A DNA stretch of 64,000 bases from Clostridia bacterium (GCA_017504945.1 JAFVQJ010000015.1:40842-104841); one strand, 5' to 3'. Positions 46,554 through 56,911 are shown, numbered from the stretch's first letter. The notes: generated from the sequence alone by a model not told the origin. Program-made: numbers and translations.

Positions 46554-47765
46554 ATGAGAAAGACCATCTCCTGCATCGTTGCTTTAATATTGACCGTAAC
46601 GGCACTGCTTCCGATATTCTCGGTATTGACATTTGCCGAGGGCACTCCCGAGTTTTATCTTGAGGTTGATAAGACCGAGGTGCATCCCAAGCAGACGGTA
46701 AAGGTAACGGTAAAGATAAAGAACTTTGCCGCATATCTTGAAAACGGCATTTCCAATATTCAGGCGGCGTTTGAATTCGACCCCACCTTACTTACGGTGG
46801 ATAAGGATGAAAATCTCAAGCTCAGCGATAAGGTAACCGATTCAAAGCTCACCACCGAAACCTATCTCCACACCGATGAGGCAACTCCCAATAAGGCGGT
46901 CTTGGAGGTATGGATATATGCAATGAGCCTTGACGAATCTCTTTCGAACTATACCGAGGAGCTGTTTACCTACACCTTCACCGTTAAGGAGGAGGTAGAA
47001 AAGGATACCGTTTTGGAATTCAAGCTCGGCGAATTGAAATATTTCGTTGCAGACGGTTGGAACGAGGATAAATCGGATACCGTGTCTATAACCGATCTCA
47101 CCGACGTTATGCTCGGCGAAGCAAAAACAGTTACGGTGGGCAAGCTTCTTTCGGAGGTTGCAACTCTTAAATCTCTTGCGGTAGAGGGCTTTGAGCTAAA
47201 CCGTGATTTCTCCTCCACCCGCACCTCTTACGCGATAGCCGTTCCTTACGACGTAAAATCCGTAAAGCTCGATTACGAGACCTCGAGTGAATTTGCCACC
47301 GTAAAAACGAGCGGAACCTCGAAATTCACGGTAGGCACCAACACCGTGAAGATCACCGTAACCGCAGAGGACGGCAAAACCAAAAAGACATATACCATAA
47401 CGGTAACGCGTCAGCCCGAGGAGACACCGTCGGATACTCCCTCCGATATTCCTTCCGACACTCCGTCGGATATTCCGTCCGATACCCCCTCGGATATCCC
47501 GTCCGATACCCCGTCTGATATTCCTTCGGACATTCCGTCTGATATTCCTTCCGATATACCCTCCGATATTCCCTCAGAGGATACCGGCAGCTCCGATGAC
47601 GTTTACACCGGACTGCTTGAATCGCAGATAGAAAAGCTCGAAAAGGAAAATATTTTCTTAAAGGAAAAGGGCGCAACCGTAATTATAGTTTTTGCGGTAT
47701 TTTCGGTGATATTACTCGCGGCACTCATTATAGTTTCGGTAAACTATAAAAAGGATATAAAATAA
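46554..47765 (+). CDS. Cell-surface protein: cohesin-like + cadherin-like beta-sandwich domains, PSD(T/I) repeat linker and C-terminal TM anchor
   Basis: A signal peptide leads the protein. LKSLAVEGFELNRDFSSTRTSYAIAVPYDVKSVKL...TVTAEDGKTKKTYTITVTR matches the cadherin-like (CHU_C-type) pattern. It also has 12 tandem PSDx repeats and a C-terminal hydrophobic helix. Confidence 0.6.
   Translation: MRKTISCIVALILTVTALLPIFSVLTFAEGTPEFYLEVDKTEVHPKQTVKVTVKIKNFAAYLENGISNIQAAFEFDPTLLTVDKDENLKLSDKVTDSKLTTETYLHTDEATPNKAVLEVWIYAMSLDESLSNYTEELFTYTFTVKEEVEKDTVLEFKLGELKYFVADGWNEDKSDTVSITDLTDVMLGEAKTVTVGKLLSEVATLKSLAVEGFELNRDFSSTRTSYAIAVPYDVKSVKLDYETSSEFATVKTSGTSKFTVGTNTVKITVTAEDGKTKKTYTITVTRQPEETPSDTPSDIPSDTPSDIPSDTPSDIPSDTPSDIPSDIPSDIPSDIPSDIPSEDTGSSDDVYTGLLESQIEKLEKENIFLKEKGATVIIVFAVFSVILLAALIIVSVNYKKDIK
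47427..47576 (+). repeat. 12-nt-period tandem repeat encoding (PSDT/PSDI)n
   Basis: CCGTCGGATACT/CCCTCCGATATT... repeated about 12 times, read directly. Confidence 0.9.
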
Positions 47766-47811
47766 AAAGAAAAGCACGCCAAAAGCGTGCTTTTTGGATA
47801 AGGAAAGCAAA

Positions 47812-48492
47812 ATGAACGAGATAATGAACGTTTTTGCCTCACGCCTTGCCGAAATAAGAGCGGAGCGCAAAATAAAGCAAAAGGACGCGGCGGAGGCGCT
47901 CGGTCTTTCGCAGGGGCTTTTGTCGCACTACGAAAAGGGAATAAGAGAGTGCGGGCTTGAATTTTTAAGCCGCGCCGCCGATTATTACGGCGTTTCGGTC
48001 GACTGGCTTTTGGGCCTTACCGACGATAAGAACGAAACCATTTCGGAGGATCCCGACGAAGCTGCGGTAAACGGTAAGATAGAGCAAAACGATAAAAAAA
48101 TGGGAGCGTCGGTGCTTCCCGTTTTAAACAGAAGGCTTATCTTCAACGGCATAAACGTGCTTTATTATATGCTTGCAAAGATAGATTCAAACGAGCTTAC
48201 CACCGCAATATCCGACGATATTCTTCTCTCGGTCTATAACGGCTTTCGCACGGCGTATCTTTCAAATCCCGAGCACAGCGAGGATTTTTTCTCGGTAAAA
48301 AGCGATTATTACGGTCTTATCACCGCGGCGAGAGAGCAAAATACGGTGGATATAATCCGCGCCTCCAAAACGGCAGACGGAGCCGACGTCACCGAGGAGG
48401 ATCTTGCAAAAGAATTCGGCACGGTGCTGTCGTCGATAAACAATATAATGAAGAATTGTGAGAACAAATTAAGACAGCAAAACAAAAAATAA
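47812..48492 (+). CDS. XRE-family helix-turn-helix transcriptional regulator
   Basis: The N-terminal HTH is IRAERKIKQKDAAEALGLSQGLLSHYEKGIRECGLEFLSRAADYYGVSVDWLLG. ATG 47812 follows an AAGGAAAG RBS. Confidence 0.65.
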   Translation: MNEIMNVFASRLAEIRAERKIKQKDAAEALGLSQGLLSHYEKGIRECGLEFLSRAADYYGVSVDWLLGLTDDKNETISEDPDEAAVNGKIEQNDKKMGASVLPVLNRRLIFNGINVLYYMLAKIDSNELTTAISDDILLSVYNGFRTAYLSNPEHSEDFFSVKSDYYGLITAAREQNTVDIIRASKTADGADVTEEDLAKEFGTVLSSINNIMKNCENKLRQQNKK

Positions 48493-48652
48493 AAGCCTTA
48501 CGGCAAATTTTCGGCAATAAATATTGCGGCGTTATCGTATAATGTCAAAAGCTTTTTTTAAAAAAACAAAGCTTTTGACATTATTTTTTTCCTTTTTTGG
48601 CTATAATCCACTTGAGAAAGCCTCCCGCTTTTATGAGAAAGGAAAGAAAGGT

Positions 48653-50845
48653 ATGTCTAAAATTAAAAACGGATCGGTGATAAAGCCGAAAATAAAGGAA
48701 TATTTGACCGAGCTGTATAAAAGGAGCGCAGAGCATTTTGCGGTATTTTTTTCCTGCCTTTTGCTCTCTTTAAACGGTATAATGGGAGCGGCGTCGCCGC
48801 TCGGAATAGCTCTTTTTGCGGCAATACCTGTGTCAAAGCTGTCGTTTGCGGGTTTTTTGGGAACGGCACTCGGATATTATCTTGCCGCAGAGCCCTCCTA
48901 TTATATAACCGCCGCGGTAATCGCGGTGCTGAAGGTGGCGTTTACAAAGCGCGAAATGAAGGTGGGCAAGGCGTTTTTATCCTTTTCGGTCTTTGTCTTT
49001 TTAACGGTGGCAAAAGCCGTTGCCATGACGGAGAACGCCTTTGACGGCGGAGATATCCTCATTGCCGCCGTAACGGCGCTTTTTTCTGCTTGCTTTACCT
49101 TTATATCCTGTCTTGCGCTTGAAAAGGGAGAAAAAAGCAAAAGCGGCGAGACGGCAAGAGAAATATCGGTGATGCTCGTCGTTTCTGCGGTGGCGGCGTC
49201 GCTCTGCTTTTTTGAGGCGGCGGTCTTTAACGCGGGATATATCGCGACTGTGCTGATAATTCTCGTTGCCGCAAAAACGGGAAAAATAACGGGTGCAACC
49301 CTATACGGCGTAGCTGCGGGACTGTTTTTATCACTCTTTTCGCAAAGCGCCGTGCCGATAGCCGCTCTTTCGGTGGGCGGAATGACGGCGGGAATATTTT
49401 CGGAGAAAAACAGAGCGATATCGGCGTCGTTTATAGTGGTGTCGCTCGGGATATTTTCGGTTGCAACGGGAGAAAATCTCGTGCCTATGGTGTCAGCCGT
49501 GGTTGCGGGCGGAATATTCATTTTTCTGCCACAAAGAGCAACGGAGCTTGTCGGCAACAGGCTTTTTGCCCAAAACGGCTTGACTTCTGCTCCTTATAAC
49601 GCGGCTATCGACGTGATCGCACAAAAGCTCGGCGCACTCGGAGGCGCATTTGACAGCGTAGCCGACATAATCGATGAAAAGGATCCGTATAAAGCGGCTT
49701 GCGCCGTGCCGCAAAAAGTTGAAGAAAAATTTTGCAAGAACTGTAAAAAGAGATTTGGCTGCTACGGCAGATTGTACGACGACACCCTTCTGGCAATAAA
49801 CGCGGCGGCGTTTGAGAAGCTTAACGGTGTCGATGAAAGCGATAAAAAGAGCCGCTTTTCAAAGCGGTGTGAAAAAGCCGATAAAATATTTGAATTTATT
49901 GATAAAAGCACGGTGCTTGCTCAAAAAAGCGATTGCGAGGGCTACCGCCGTGCCGCAGAGGCAATAAGAGAGTTAAGCGGCGGCGTTTGCGAGATAGACG
50001 GCGACAAGGCGCTTGAGGGATATCTCGTTGCAAAGGGGGAAAAGAACCCGTCGGTCGCGGTCGAGCAGATATGCGGCGCAAAAAGAATAACCGTTTGCGG
50101 CAAAACGGCTTATTTGCCCGAGAAAAAGCGGCTTGAAAACGAGATATCGGAGATATACGGAAAAAAGCTAAAGGAGGTATACCGAAACGAAAGCGGTCAC
50201 GGATATACTGTAAGACTTGTTGAGGAGCCGAGGCTTTTCGCGCAATTTTCGGGAGTAACACAGGGTAAAAACGGAAACGAGATATGCGGCGATTCGATAG
50301 TGCGATTTGAAACGGAGGACGGTAGATTTTTTGCGGCGCTTTCGGACGGCATGGGCTCGGGCGCAGAGGCGAAGTCCGATTCACAGATGACGGTGGACCT
50401 TTTAAAGAGTATACTCTCGCGAAGCTTCGACGGAAAAACGGCAATGCGCGCCGTAAATTCGGCGCTTCAGAGCAAAAATCTCGACGCCTCCTTCGCTACG
50501 GTGGATATACTCACTTTGAACCTTCATAACGGCAGAGCCGAATTTATAAAATCGGGCGCTGCTCCCTCATTCGTCAAAAGAGGAAGCACCGTTTACGAAA
50601 TAACCTCGTCAACACTTCCCGCAGGACTTTCCTCGGGCGGTGAATACGATAAGATAGCCTTTACCTTAAAGCGCGGCGACACGGTGGTGATGATGTCGGA
50701 CGGCGTTTACGACGCCTTTTCCGATATGCGCGGCGTACTCTCCCGAGCAGGCGGGCTTTCTCCCGCAGAGCTTTGCAAAAGACTTATTTCGGCGCACTCA
50801 AACGACGATAAATCCGTTATGATAATTAAAATAGGCGCCGCATAA
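48653..50845 (+). CDS. spoIIE: Stage II sporulation protein E (PP2C phosphatase)
   Basis: About 10 N-terminal TM helices are followed by a C-terminal PP2C domain (GDS...F.ALSDGMGSG, ATVD, MMSDGV). A promoter-like TTGACA-N17-TATAAT at ~48575-48607 makes ATG 48653 the likely start rather than 48524. Confidence 0.85.
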   Translation: MSKIKNGSVIKPKIKEYLTELYKRSAEHFAVFFSCLLLSLNGIMGAASPLGIALFAAIPVSKLSFAGFLGTALGYYLAAEPSYYITAAVIAVLKVAFTKREMKVGKAFLSFSVFVFLTVAKAVAMTENAFDGGDILIAAVTALFSACFTFISCLALEKGEKSKSGETAREISVMLVVSAVAASLCFFEAAVFNAGYIATVLIILVAAKTGKITGATLYGVAAGLFLSLFSQSAVPIAALSVGGMTAGIFSEKNRAISASFIVVSLGIFSVATGENLVPMVSAVVAGGIFIFLPQRATELVGNRLFAQNGLTSAPYNAAIDVIAQKLGALGGAFDSVADIIDEKDPYKAACAVPQKVEEKFCKNCKKRFGCYGRLYDDTLLAINAAAFEKLNGVDESDKKSRFSKRCEKADKIFEFIDKSTVLAQKSDCEGYRRAAEAIRELSGGVCEIDGDKALEGYLVAKGEKNPSVAVEQICGAKRITVCGKTAYLPEKKRLENEISEIYGKKLKEVYRNESGHGYTVRLVEEPRLFAQFSGVTQGKNGNEICGDSIVRFETEDGRFFAALSDGMGSGAEAKSDSQMTVDLLKSILSRSFDGKTAMRAVNSALQSKNLDASFATVDILTLNLHNGRAEFIKSGAAPSFVKRGSTVYEITSSTLPAGLSSGGEYDKIAFTLKRGDTVVMMSDGVYDAFSDMRGVLSRAGGLSPAELCKRLISAHSNDDKSVMIIKIGAA

Positions 50846-50895
50846 AAGAACAAAAAGGGAGAAAAATAATTTAAAAACAGAAGAAGGGAAAGCTT

Positions 50896-51159
50896 ATGAT
50901 AAAGGGAACCAACAAAAACGCGGTAATTGTTAAAGGGAGAAGCGAGCTTTTCGAGCAGGCTATATTTATAGTAAGACCCGAGGCATCGAAAAGGGAGATA
51001 TCGGGCGCCGAGATAAGAAGAGAAATTGAGATATTTATAAGAGAAAATACGGGGAGAAAAAGAAGATAGGAAAAAAAGCCGTTTTTCAAGCGAAACGGGC
51101 GTTTTTGCAAAAAAACGGCAATATTTTTATAATAAATATTAAAAAATCCTTGACATAAA
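50896..51159 (+). CDS. Possible small basic protein (87 aa), not present in the supplied ORF track
   Basis: I translated it codon by codon: MIKGTNKNAVIVKGRSELFEQAIFIVRPEASKREISGAEIRREIEIFIRENTGRKKKIGKKAVFQAKRAFLQKNGNIFIINIKKSLT. A GAAGGGAAAG RBS lies upstream. The 3' third overlaps a terminator-like hairpin and the rplU promoter, so the functional product may be shorter or absent. Confidence 0.3.
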
Positions 51160-51179
51160 TACAAATTTGTGGTATAGTA
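51151..51179 (+). promoter_or_regulatory. Promoter of the rplU-prp-rpmA operon (TTGACA-N17-TGgTATAGT)
   Basis: Consensus -35, 17-nt spacer and an extended -10, all read directly. Confidence 0.65.
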
Positions 51180-51185
51180 CTAAAG

Positions 51186-51268
51186 CCGCATATTTCGGGT
51201 TTGCAAACGGCGCATTTATTGCGACCTACCTGCCGTAGCGAGTCTATAAGAAAGTGAGGTGCTTTGTT
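51186..51268 (+). promoter_or_regulatory. Structured 5' leader of rplU (candidate L21 ribosomal-protein leader)
   Basis: The ~80-nt UTR between the promoter and the TTG start contains local hairpins, for example CGCATTTATTGCG. An L21 leader is known in Firmicutes, but I could not run a covariance-model check. Confidence 0.35.
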
Positions 51269-51583
51269 TTGACATACGCAGTTATCGAAACCGGCGGAAA
51301 GCAGTACAAAGTACAGGAAGGCGAAATCATCTTCATCGAAAAAATCGAAGCAAACGAAGGCGACGCTATCAGCTTTGATACCGTACTTGCAGCTTGCAAA
51401 GAAGACAAGTTCACATTCGGTGCTCCCGTGATCGAGGGCGCATCCGTATCTGCAAAGGTTCTCAAAAACGGCAAAGACAAGAAAATCATCGTTTTCAAGT
51501 ATAAAGCCAAGAAGACCTATCGCAACAAGACCGGTCACAGACAGCCTTACACCAAGGTTCAGATCGAGTCCATCAATCTTTAA
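51269..51583 (+). CDS. rplU: 50S ribosomal protein L21
   Basis: (M)[17 protein letters not shown] is the canonical L21 N-terminus. TTG 51269 lies 8 nt after GAGGTG; the track ORF starts at GTG 51254. Confidence 0.9.
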   Translation: MTYAVIETGGKQYKVQEGEIIFIEKIEANEGDAISFDTVLAACKEDKFTFGAPVIEGASVSAKVLKNGKDKKIIVFKYKAKKTYRNKTGHRQPYTKVQIESINL

Positions 51584-51585
51584 TC

Positions 51586-51903
51586 ATGAACACCCTTACG
51601 TTTTTTAAACAAAACGGCAAGCTTTTCGGCTTTTCTTCGGTAGGGCATGCGGGTAGAGGCACTAAGGGCAACGACGTTGTCTGCGCCGCAATATCCGAGG
51701 CAGTGAGATACACCGCCAATATGCTCGATGCGTTTGCCCATCAGGTAAACGTTTCTGTTAACGAGGAAAATGCAACGGTTTGCGTAACGGTCAAAAACCC
51801 CGACATAAACAGTGAAACTGTTTTAAAGACGTTTTTGTCGGAGGCAAGACTTATCAAAGAGGAATATCCCAAAAATATCACTATTCACATTACGGAGGTG
51901 TGA
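51586..51903 (+). CDS. prp: Ribosomal-processing cysteine protease Prp
   Basis: Contains GHAG......DVVCAAIS, the catalytic His/Cys pair. It lies between rplU and rpmA, as in other Firmicutes. Confidence 0.85.
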   Translation: MNTLTFFKQNGKLFGFSSVGHAGRGTKGNDVVCAAISEAVRYTANMLDAFAHQVNVSVNEENATVCVTVKNPDINSETVLKTFLSEARLIKEEYPKNITIHITEV

Positions 51904-51906
51904 TAA

Positions 51907-52188
51907 ATGCTTAGAATCAGTATACAGTTTTTTGCACATAAAAAAGGTATGGGCTCCACGAAAAACGGCCGTGATTCCGAGTCCAAGCGCTTAGGCCCGA
52001 AGAGAGCTGACGGTCAGTTCGTTCTCGCAGGCAACATTCTTATGAGACAGCGCGGCACGAAGATTCATCCCGGAAACAACGTGGGCATCGGCTCTGACGA
52101 TACACTCTTCGCACTTATTGACGGAGTAGTAAAATTCGAAAGAGTGGGCAAAGACCGCAAGCAGGTCAGCGTTTACGCAAAAGCCTAA
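51907..52188 (+). CDS. rpmA: 50S ribosomal protein L27 (with Prp-cleaved N-terminal extension)
   Basis: [24 protein letters not shown] combines the N-terminal propeptide motif (..QFF|A.KKG) with the canonical L27 core. Confidence 0.95.
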   Translation: MLRISIQFFAHKKGMGSTKNGRDSESKRLGPKRADGQFVLAGNILMRQRGTKIHPGNNVGIGSDDTLFALIDGVVKFERVGKDRKQVSVYAKA

Positions 52189-52239
52189 CAAGATCACATA
52201 CCCCGATATGCTTCATATCGGGGTATAATTATCTCATAG

Positions 52240-53514
<1,275 letters not shown>

Positions 53515-53532
53515 AAAAACACCCTGCGGTTT

Positions 53533-53740
53533 GGCGTGATACTCTTATCGGAGTATCACGCCGGTTCTATTCGCCTTTGGCGAGTGATATTGCTACGCAG
53601 TGATATTCGGCTTACGCCGAGTGGTATTCGCTTCGCGAGTTTATGGGCGAATAGAATATCACTGTGAGGCGTAGCCGAACAATATCACTGCCCGCAAGGG
53701 CAATATCACTCTTTGCGAAAGCAAAGAATATCACTCATAG
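53533..53740. repeat. Array of the 9-mer AATATCACT (four copies) and its complement AGTGATATT (three copies, one degenerate), interleaved with small GC hairpins
   Basis: AGTGATATT occurs at 53583 and 53599, with AGTGGTATT at 53620. AATATCACT occurs at 53655, 53681, 53702 and 53727. A perfect 12-bp hairpin GGCGTGATACTC/GAGTATCACGCC with a related motif lies at 53533-53562. Spacers form mini-hairpins: CGGCttacGCCG, GCCCgcaaGGGC, CTTTGCgaaaGCAAAG, CGCCtttGGCG. Confidence 0.85.
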
Positions 53741-53754
53741 ACAACAGAAAAAGA

Positions 53755-53802
53755 GAGAGTCTTACGGAATTTTGCTTCCGCAAGACTCTCCCTTTTGTTT
53801 TA
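53755..53802 (+). terminator. Intrinsic terminator-like hairpin ~240 nt downstream of obg
   Basis: 13-bp stem GAGAGTCTTACGG / CCGCAAGACTCTC with one mismatch, followed by CCTTTTGTTTT. Confidence 0.55.
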
Positions 53803-53911
53803 TCGCCAGTTTCGCATTTGTTTTACAAATGCATCGGGCTGCGCCCATACCCCTATCTTATTTCTCCGATAAGGACATCACCCATTTACCGCAGGGCGTT
53901 TTAAATTCGAA

Positions 53912-54121
53912 TTAGTCCTGTGCCCAGATCTCACCGTTTTTGTTGGTGAACTTCTTGAGGATTATCATAATGAAGTCGACGAGTGCGCCGATGCCGAGGC
54001 AACCGCCGGTGAGGAGCCAGATGATACCGGTTCCGATCTTGCCTGCAAGGAATCTGTGGATTCCGAGACCGCCGAGGAAAAATGAAATGAGGATACCTGC
54101 TACGTAGCTGATTTTGTTCAT
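53912..54121 (-). CDS. TM2 domain-containing small membrane protein
   Basis: Two TM helices with GGLGIHRFLAGKIGTGIIWLLTGG, which matches the TM2 domain pattern. Confidence 0.7.
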   Translation of the reverse strand: MNKISYVAGILISFFLGGLGIHRFLAGKIGTGIIWLLTGGCLGIGALVDFIMIILKKFTNKNGEIWAQD

Positions 54122-54200
54122 GATAAACTTCCTTTCAAAGAAATTGTTAATTTTATATTAACATAATCTTGCACTGATGTCAATATAAAAAAAGAAAAAA

Positions 54201-54866
54201 TTAAAGCTTCCAATCAATTTCGGGAAGACCGTTTTCTCTTAAAAAAGCGTTTGCTTTGGAAAAATGTCTGCAACCGAAAAATCCGTTGTAGGCAGAGAGC
54301 GGACTCGGATGCGCCGCCTCCAATATAAGATGATCTTTGTTGGTAATAAGCTCCTTTTTCGAGCGGGCGTTTCTGCCCCACAGAATAAAGACGATGGGCT
54401 TTTCACGCTCGTTTAAAAGCGTTATGACCCGGTCGGTGAAAAGCTCCCAACCCTTGCCGCTGTGGCTGTTTGCCATGCCCTCGCGAACGGTAAGAGAGGT
54501 GTTGAGAAGCAAAACTCCGTTTTTCGCCCAGCCCTTGAGCGAGCCAGATATCGGCTCTTTAAAGCCGAGGTCGCTTGAATATTCCTTGAATATGTTTATG
54601 AGTGAGGGCGGCTTCGGAACTCCGTCCTTCACCGAAAAGCAAAGCCCCTCAGCCTGACCCCTTCCGTGATAGGGGTCCTGACCCAAGATGACGGCGGAAA
54701 CGTCCTGATAATCGGTGTATTTAAGGGCGTTGAAGATATCGAACATATCGGGATAAACGGCGTAACGAGAATACTCCTGCTTTAAAAAGGCGCGGAGCTT
54801 TAAGTAATATTCCTTTTCGAATTCCTCTTTTAAAAGAGTGTCCCAACCGTTTCCGAGCGTTACCAT
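54201..54866 (-). CDS. ung: Uracil-DNA glycosylase (family 1)
   Basis: [13 protein letters not shown] and AHPSPLSA motifs. Confidence 0.92.
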   Translation of the reverse strand: MVTLGNGWDTLLKEEFEKEYYLKLRAFLKQEYSRYAVYPDMFDIFNALKYTDYQDVSAVILGQDPYHGRGQAEGLCFSVKDGVPKPPSLINIFKEYSSDLGFKEPISGSLKGWAKNGVLLLNTSLTVREGMANSHSGKGWELFTDRVITLLNEREKPIVFILWGRNARSKKELITNKDHLILEAAHPSPLSAYNGFFGCRHFSKANAFLRENGLPEIDWKL

Positions 54867-55636
54867 TTTAACTCCTCCAAGAATTTGAGCGATTGCGCTA
54901 TTTCGGTGTCTTTCCCGAAGCTTTTTCGGTAGACCTCAACGACGGCAGTACCGTCAAAGCCGTGATTTTTAAGCCTTTTGCAAATGCTTGCAATGGGGAA
55001 ATCGCCTTTGCCGGGGAGCAGACAGTCGACCTCGGAATTATAGTCGTTAATATGAAAATGCTTTATTCTCTCTCCCATCGCGTCGGCAACGTCGAAGGGC
55101 GAAAAACCGGCGCGGTTTGCCTGCTTTATGTCGAAGGTGAAATTGCAGTCGGGGACGGCATTTTTCAAAGCTCTTATATTTTCGGGAGTGGAAAAGGCGT
55201 AACGGTTTACGTTTTCCTGACAAAACACAACGCCGTATCTGTCGGCGCGCTCCTTTAGCTTGGCGTAATATTCAATTCCGAGCTCCAACGAGTCCTTTCC
55301 GCTTAAAAATCCGCCGTGAAAATTAAATATGACGGGCGAAAGCGCCGAAACAGCCTCGAACATCCTCTCGTATTTATCAAGCGCCTCTTCTCTGCGCCTT
55401 ATATACGGCGAGAAAAAGAGATACGGCTCGGCGTAACCGAAGGGGGTGTGGACCGAAACGATCTTAACGTTCTCGCTTTCGGAAAGAGCCTTTAACTCTT
55501 TGATATATTCCTTCGAGACCTCGTAATCGGTGTTTAAAAATACCTCCGCCGAGGAAAAACCCAGCTTTTTCACTCTTAAAAAGGACTTTTCCGGCTCCTC
55601 GGGGAAAAAGCAGGCGGTAGACATTGCGAAATTCAT
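54860..55636 (-). CDS. Xylose-isomerase-like TIM-barrel protein (sugar phosphate isomerase/epimerase family)
   Basis: 258 aa. The pattern of conserved H/D/E residues and HFHINDY fits the AP_endonuc_2 fold. Its ends overlap ung and ttcA. Confidence 0.6.
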   Translation of the reverse strand: MNFAMSTACFFPEEPEKSFLRVKKLGFSSAEVFLNTDYEVSKEYIKELKALSESENVKIVSVHTPFGYAEPYLFFSPYIRRREEALDKYERMFEAVSALSPVIFNFHGGFLSGKDSLELGIEYYAKLKERADRYGVVFCQENVNRYAFSTPENIRALKNAVPDCNFTFDIKQANRAGFSPFDVADAMGERIKHFHINDYNSEVDCLLPGKGDFPIASICKRLKNHGFDGTAVVEVYRKSFGKDTEIAQSLKFLEELKW

Positions 55637-56367
55637 TTTTCCTCGTCCTCTCTTTCAAAGGCACCGAAGCCGTCGATATTTTTTCTTACCATCGCACCGA
55701 AGATGCGCTCGCGAAGACCCTTGTTGTCTTTTTCAAGCTCGCGAAGAAGCGATTTCATATTTTCTCTTTCGGTATGCTCGTTTGCGGGACAAAGAGAGGA
55801 GCAGATGGGAAGAGAAAGTCTTTTCGCGGCGCTTGAGCAATCCCTTTCGGGCATATAGATTATCGGACGAATAACGGTTATCTCACGTCTGTCAAGATAG
55901 CTTTTTGGTGAAAAGCAGCCGATGCGCCCCTCGAAAAAGAGGTTTAACATAAAGGTCTCAACGGCGTCGTCAAAATTGTGACCGAGCGCTACCTTGTTTG
56001 CACCCAAGCGCACTGCCTCCTCGTTAAGAGCGCCGCGCCTCATACGCGAGCAAAGGGAGCAGGGATTCGATTCCTTGCGCACGTCGAAGATAATTTTACC
56101 TATCTCCGTTTTTATAATGCGGTAATCAATGCCTTGCTCACGGCAATATTCGCTGATGGGAGAATAGTCGGCGCCCTCAAAGCCCATATCGAGAGTTATG
56201 CCTATAATATCGAATTTTTTCGGATAAAATTTCTTAAGCGCCGCAAGACCGGCAAGCAAAACGAGGGAATCCTTGCCGCCCGAAACGCCTACGGCAATAA
56301 CGTCGCCCTCCGAGATAAGACCGTAATCGTCAACGGCGCGTCTTAACTGACTTAAAACCTTACGCAT
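55633..56367 (-). CDS. ttcA: PP-loop ATPase, tRNA 2-thiocytidine synthase TtcA-like
   Basis: SGGKDS PP-loop (VGVSGGKDSLVLL), and the CSLCSRMRRG and CSSLC cysteine motifs. The start ATG 56367 has a GGAG RBS upstream. Confidence 0.75.
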   Translation of the reverse strand: MRKVLSQLRRAVDDYGLISEGDVIAVGVSGGKDSLVLLAGLAALKKFYPKKFDIIGITLDMGFEGADYSPISEYCREQGIDYRIIKTEIGKIIFDVRKESNPCSLCSRMRRGALNEEAVRLGANKVALGHNFDDAVETFMLNLFFEGRIGCFSPKSYLDRREITVIRPIIYMPERDCSSAAKRLSLPICSSLCPANEHTERENMKSLLRELEKDNKGLRERIFGAMVRKNIDGFGAFEREDEEK

Positions 56368-56546
56368 AAAAAACTCCGTAATAAATGTTATATAAATTAT
56401 ATAATAAACGGCGGGATTTTTCAATGATGAAATGAAAAAAAGAAAAATATTAAGAATTATGAAAAAAACACTTGCATTTTTTTGATCGTTGTAGTATAAT
56501 ACTAAAGCACTTTAAAAAGAGATTAACCGAAAGGAAGATATATAAG

Positions 56547-56732
56547 ATGGCAAAATGCGAAATTTGTGAAAAGAGCCTCGTTTACGGAATCAAGGTTTCC
56601 CACTCTCACAGAAGAGCTAACAGAACTTGGAAGCCCAACGTAAAAAGAGTAAAAGCCATTGTAAACGGCGAAGCAACGCATATCTATGCATGCACCAGAT
56701 GCCTTCGTTCCGGTAAAGTAACAAGAGCTTAA
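56547..56732 (+). CDS. rpmB: 50S ribosomal protein L28
   Basis: MAKCEICEKSLVYGIKVSHSHRRANRTWKPNVKRVKA is canonical L28. A promoter TTGCAT-N17-TATAAT lies at ~56471-56499. Confidence 0.95.
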   Translation: MAKCEICEKSLVYGIKVSHSHRRANRTWKPNVKRVKAIVNGEATHIYACTRCLRSGKVTRA

Positions 56733-56762
56733 TCACATAACCGGTTTTACCGGTTATAATAT

Positions 56763-56836
56763 AGCGGGATTGTGTAAGGGTAGCACGACAGACTCTGACT
56801 CTGTTTGTGAGGGTTCGAATCCTTCTCCCGCTGCCA
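56763..56836 (+). tRNA. tRNA-Gln (anticodon CTG)
   Basis: I folded it by hand. The acceptor stem is AGCGGGA/TCCCGCT and the D-stem is GTGT/GCAC. The anticodon stem ACAGA/TCTGT closes the loop CTCTGAC, giving U33, anticodon CTG and A37. The T-arm is GAGGG-TTCGAAT-CCTTC, the discriminator is G, and CCA is encoded. Confidence 0.85.
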
Positions 56837-56840
56837 AACG

Positions 56841-56875
56841 AATAAACCACCCAAACGGGTGGTTTATTTGTTTTT
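56841..56875 (+). terminator. Intrinsic terminator after tRNA-Gln
   Basis: Stem AATAAACCACCC / GGGTGGTTTATT followed by a T-run. Confidence 0.75.
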
Positions 56876-56911
56876 GGAAAAGAAGGATTCGAACCGTTAA
56901 TGAAATCTTAT

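Noticed and set aside
52199-52228. A hairpin (TACCCCGATATG/CATATCGGGGTA) between rpmA and obg as a terminator.
   Set aside because: The stem is perfect but is not followed by a T-run (TAATTATC). It may be an attenuator or processing site, but I cannot support calling it a terminator.
53580-53740. A CRISPR array.
   Set aside because: The repeat unit is only 9 nt, spacing is irregular (21-26 nt), the copies occur in two inverted halves, and no cas genes are present.
53664-53915. Plus-strand ORFs of 83 aa and 63 aa in the obg-TM2 intergenic region.
   Set aside because: They have no RBS, overlap each other in different frames, and their sequence is dictated by the repeat and hairpin array and the terminator hairpin.
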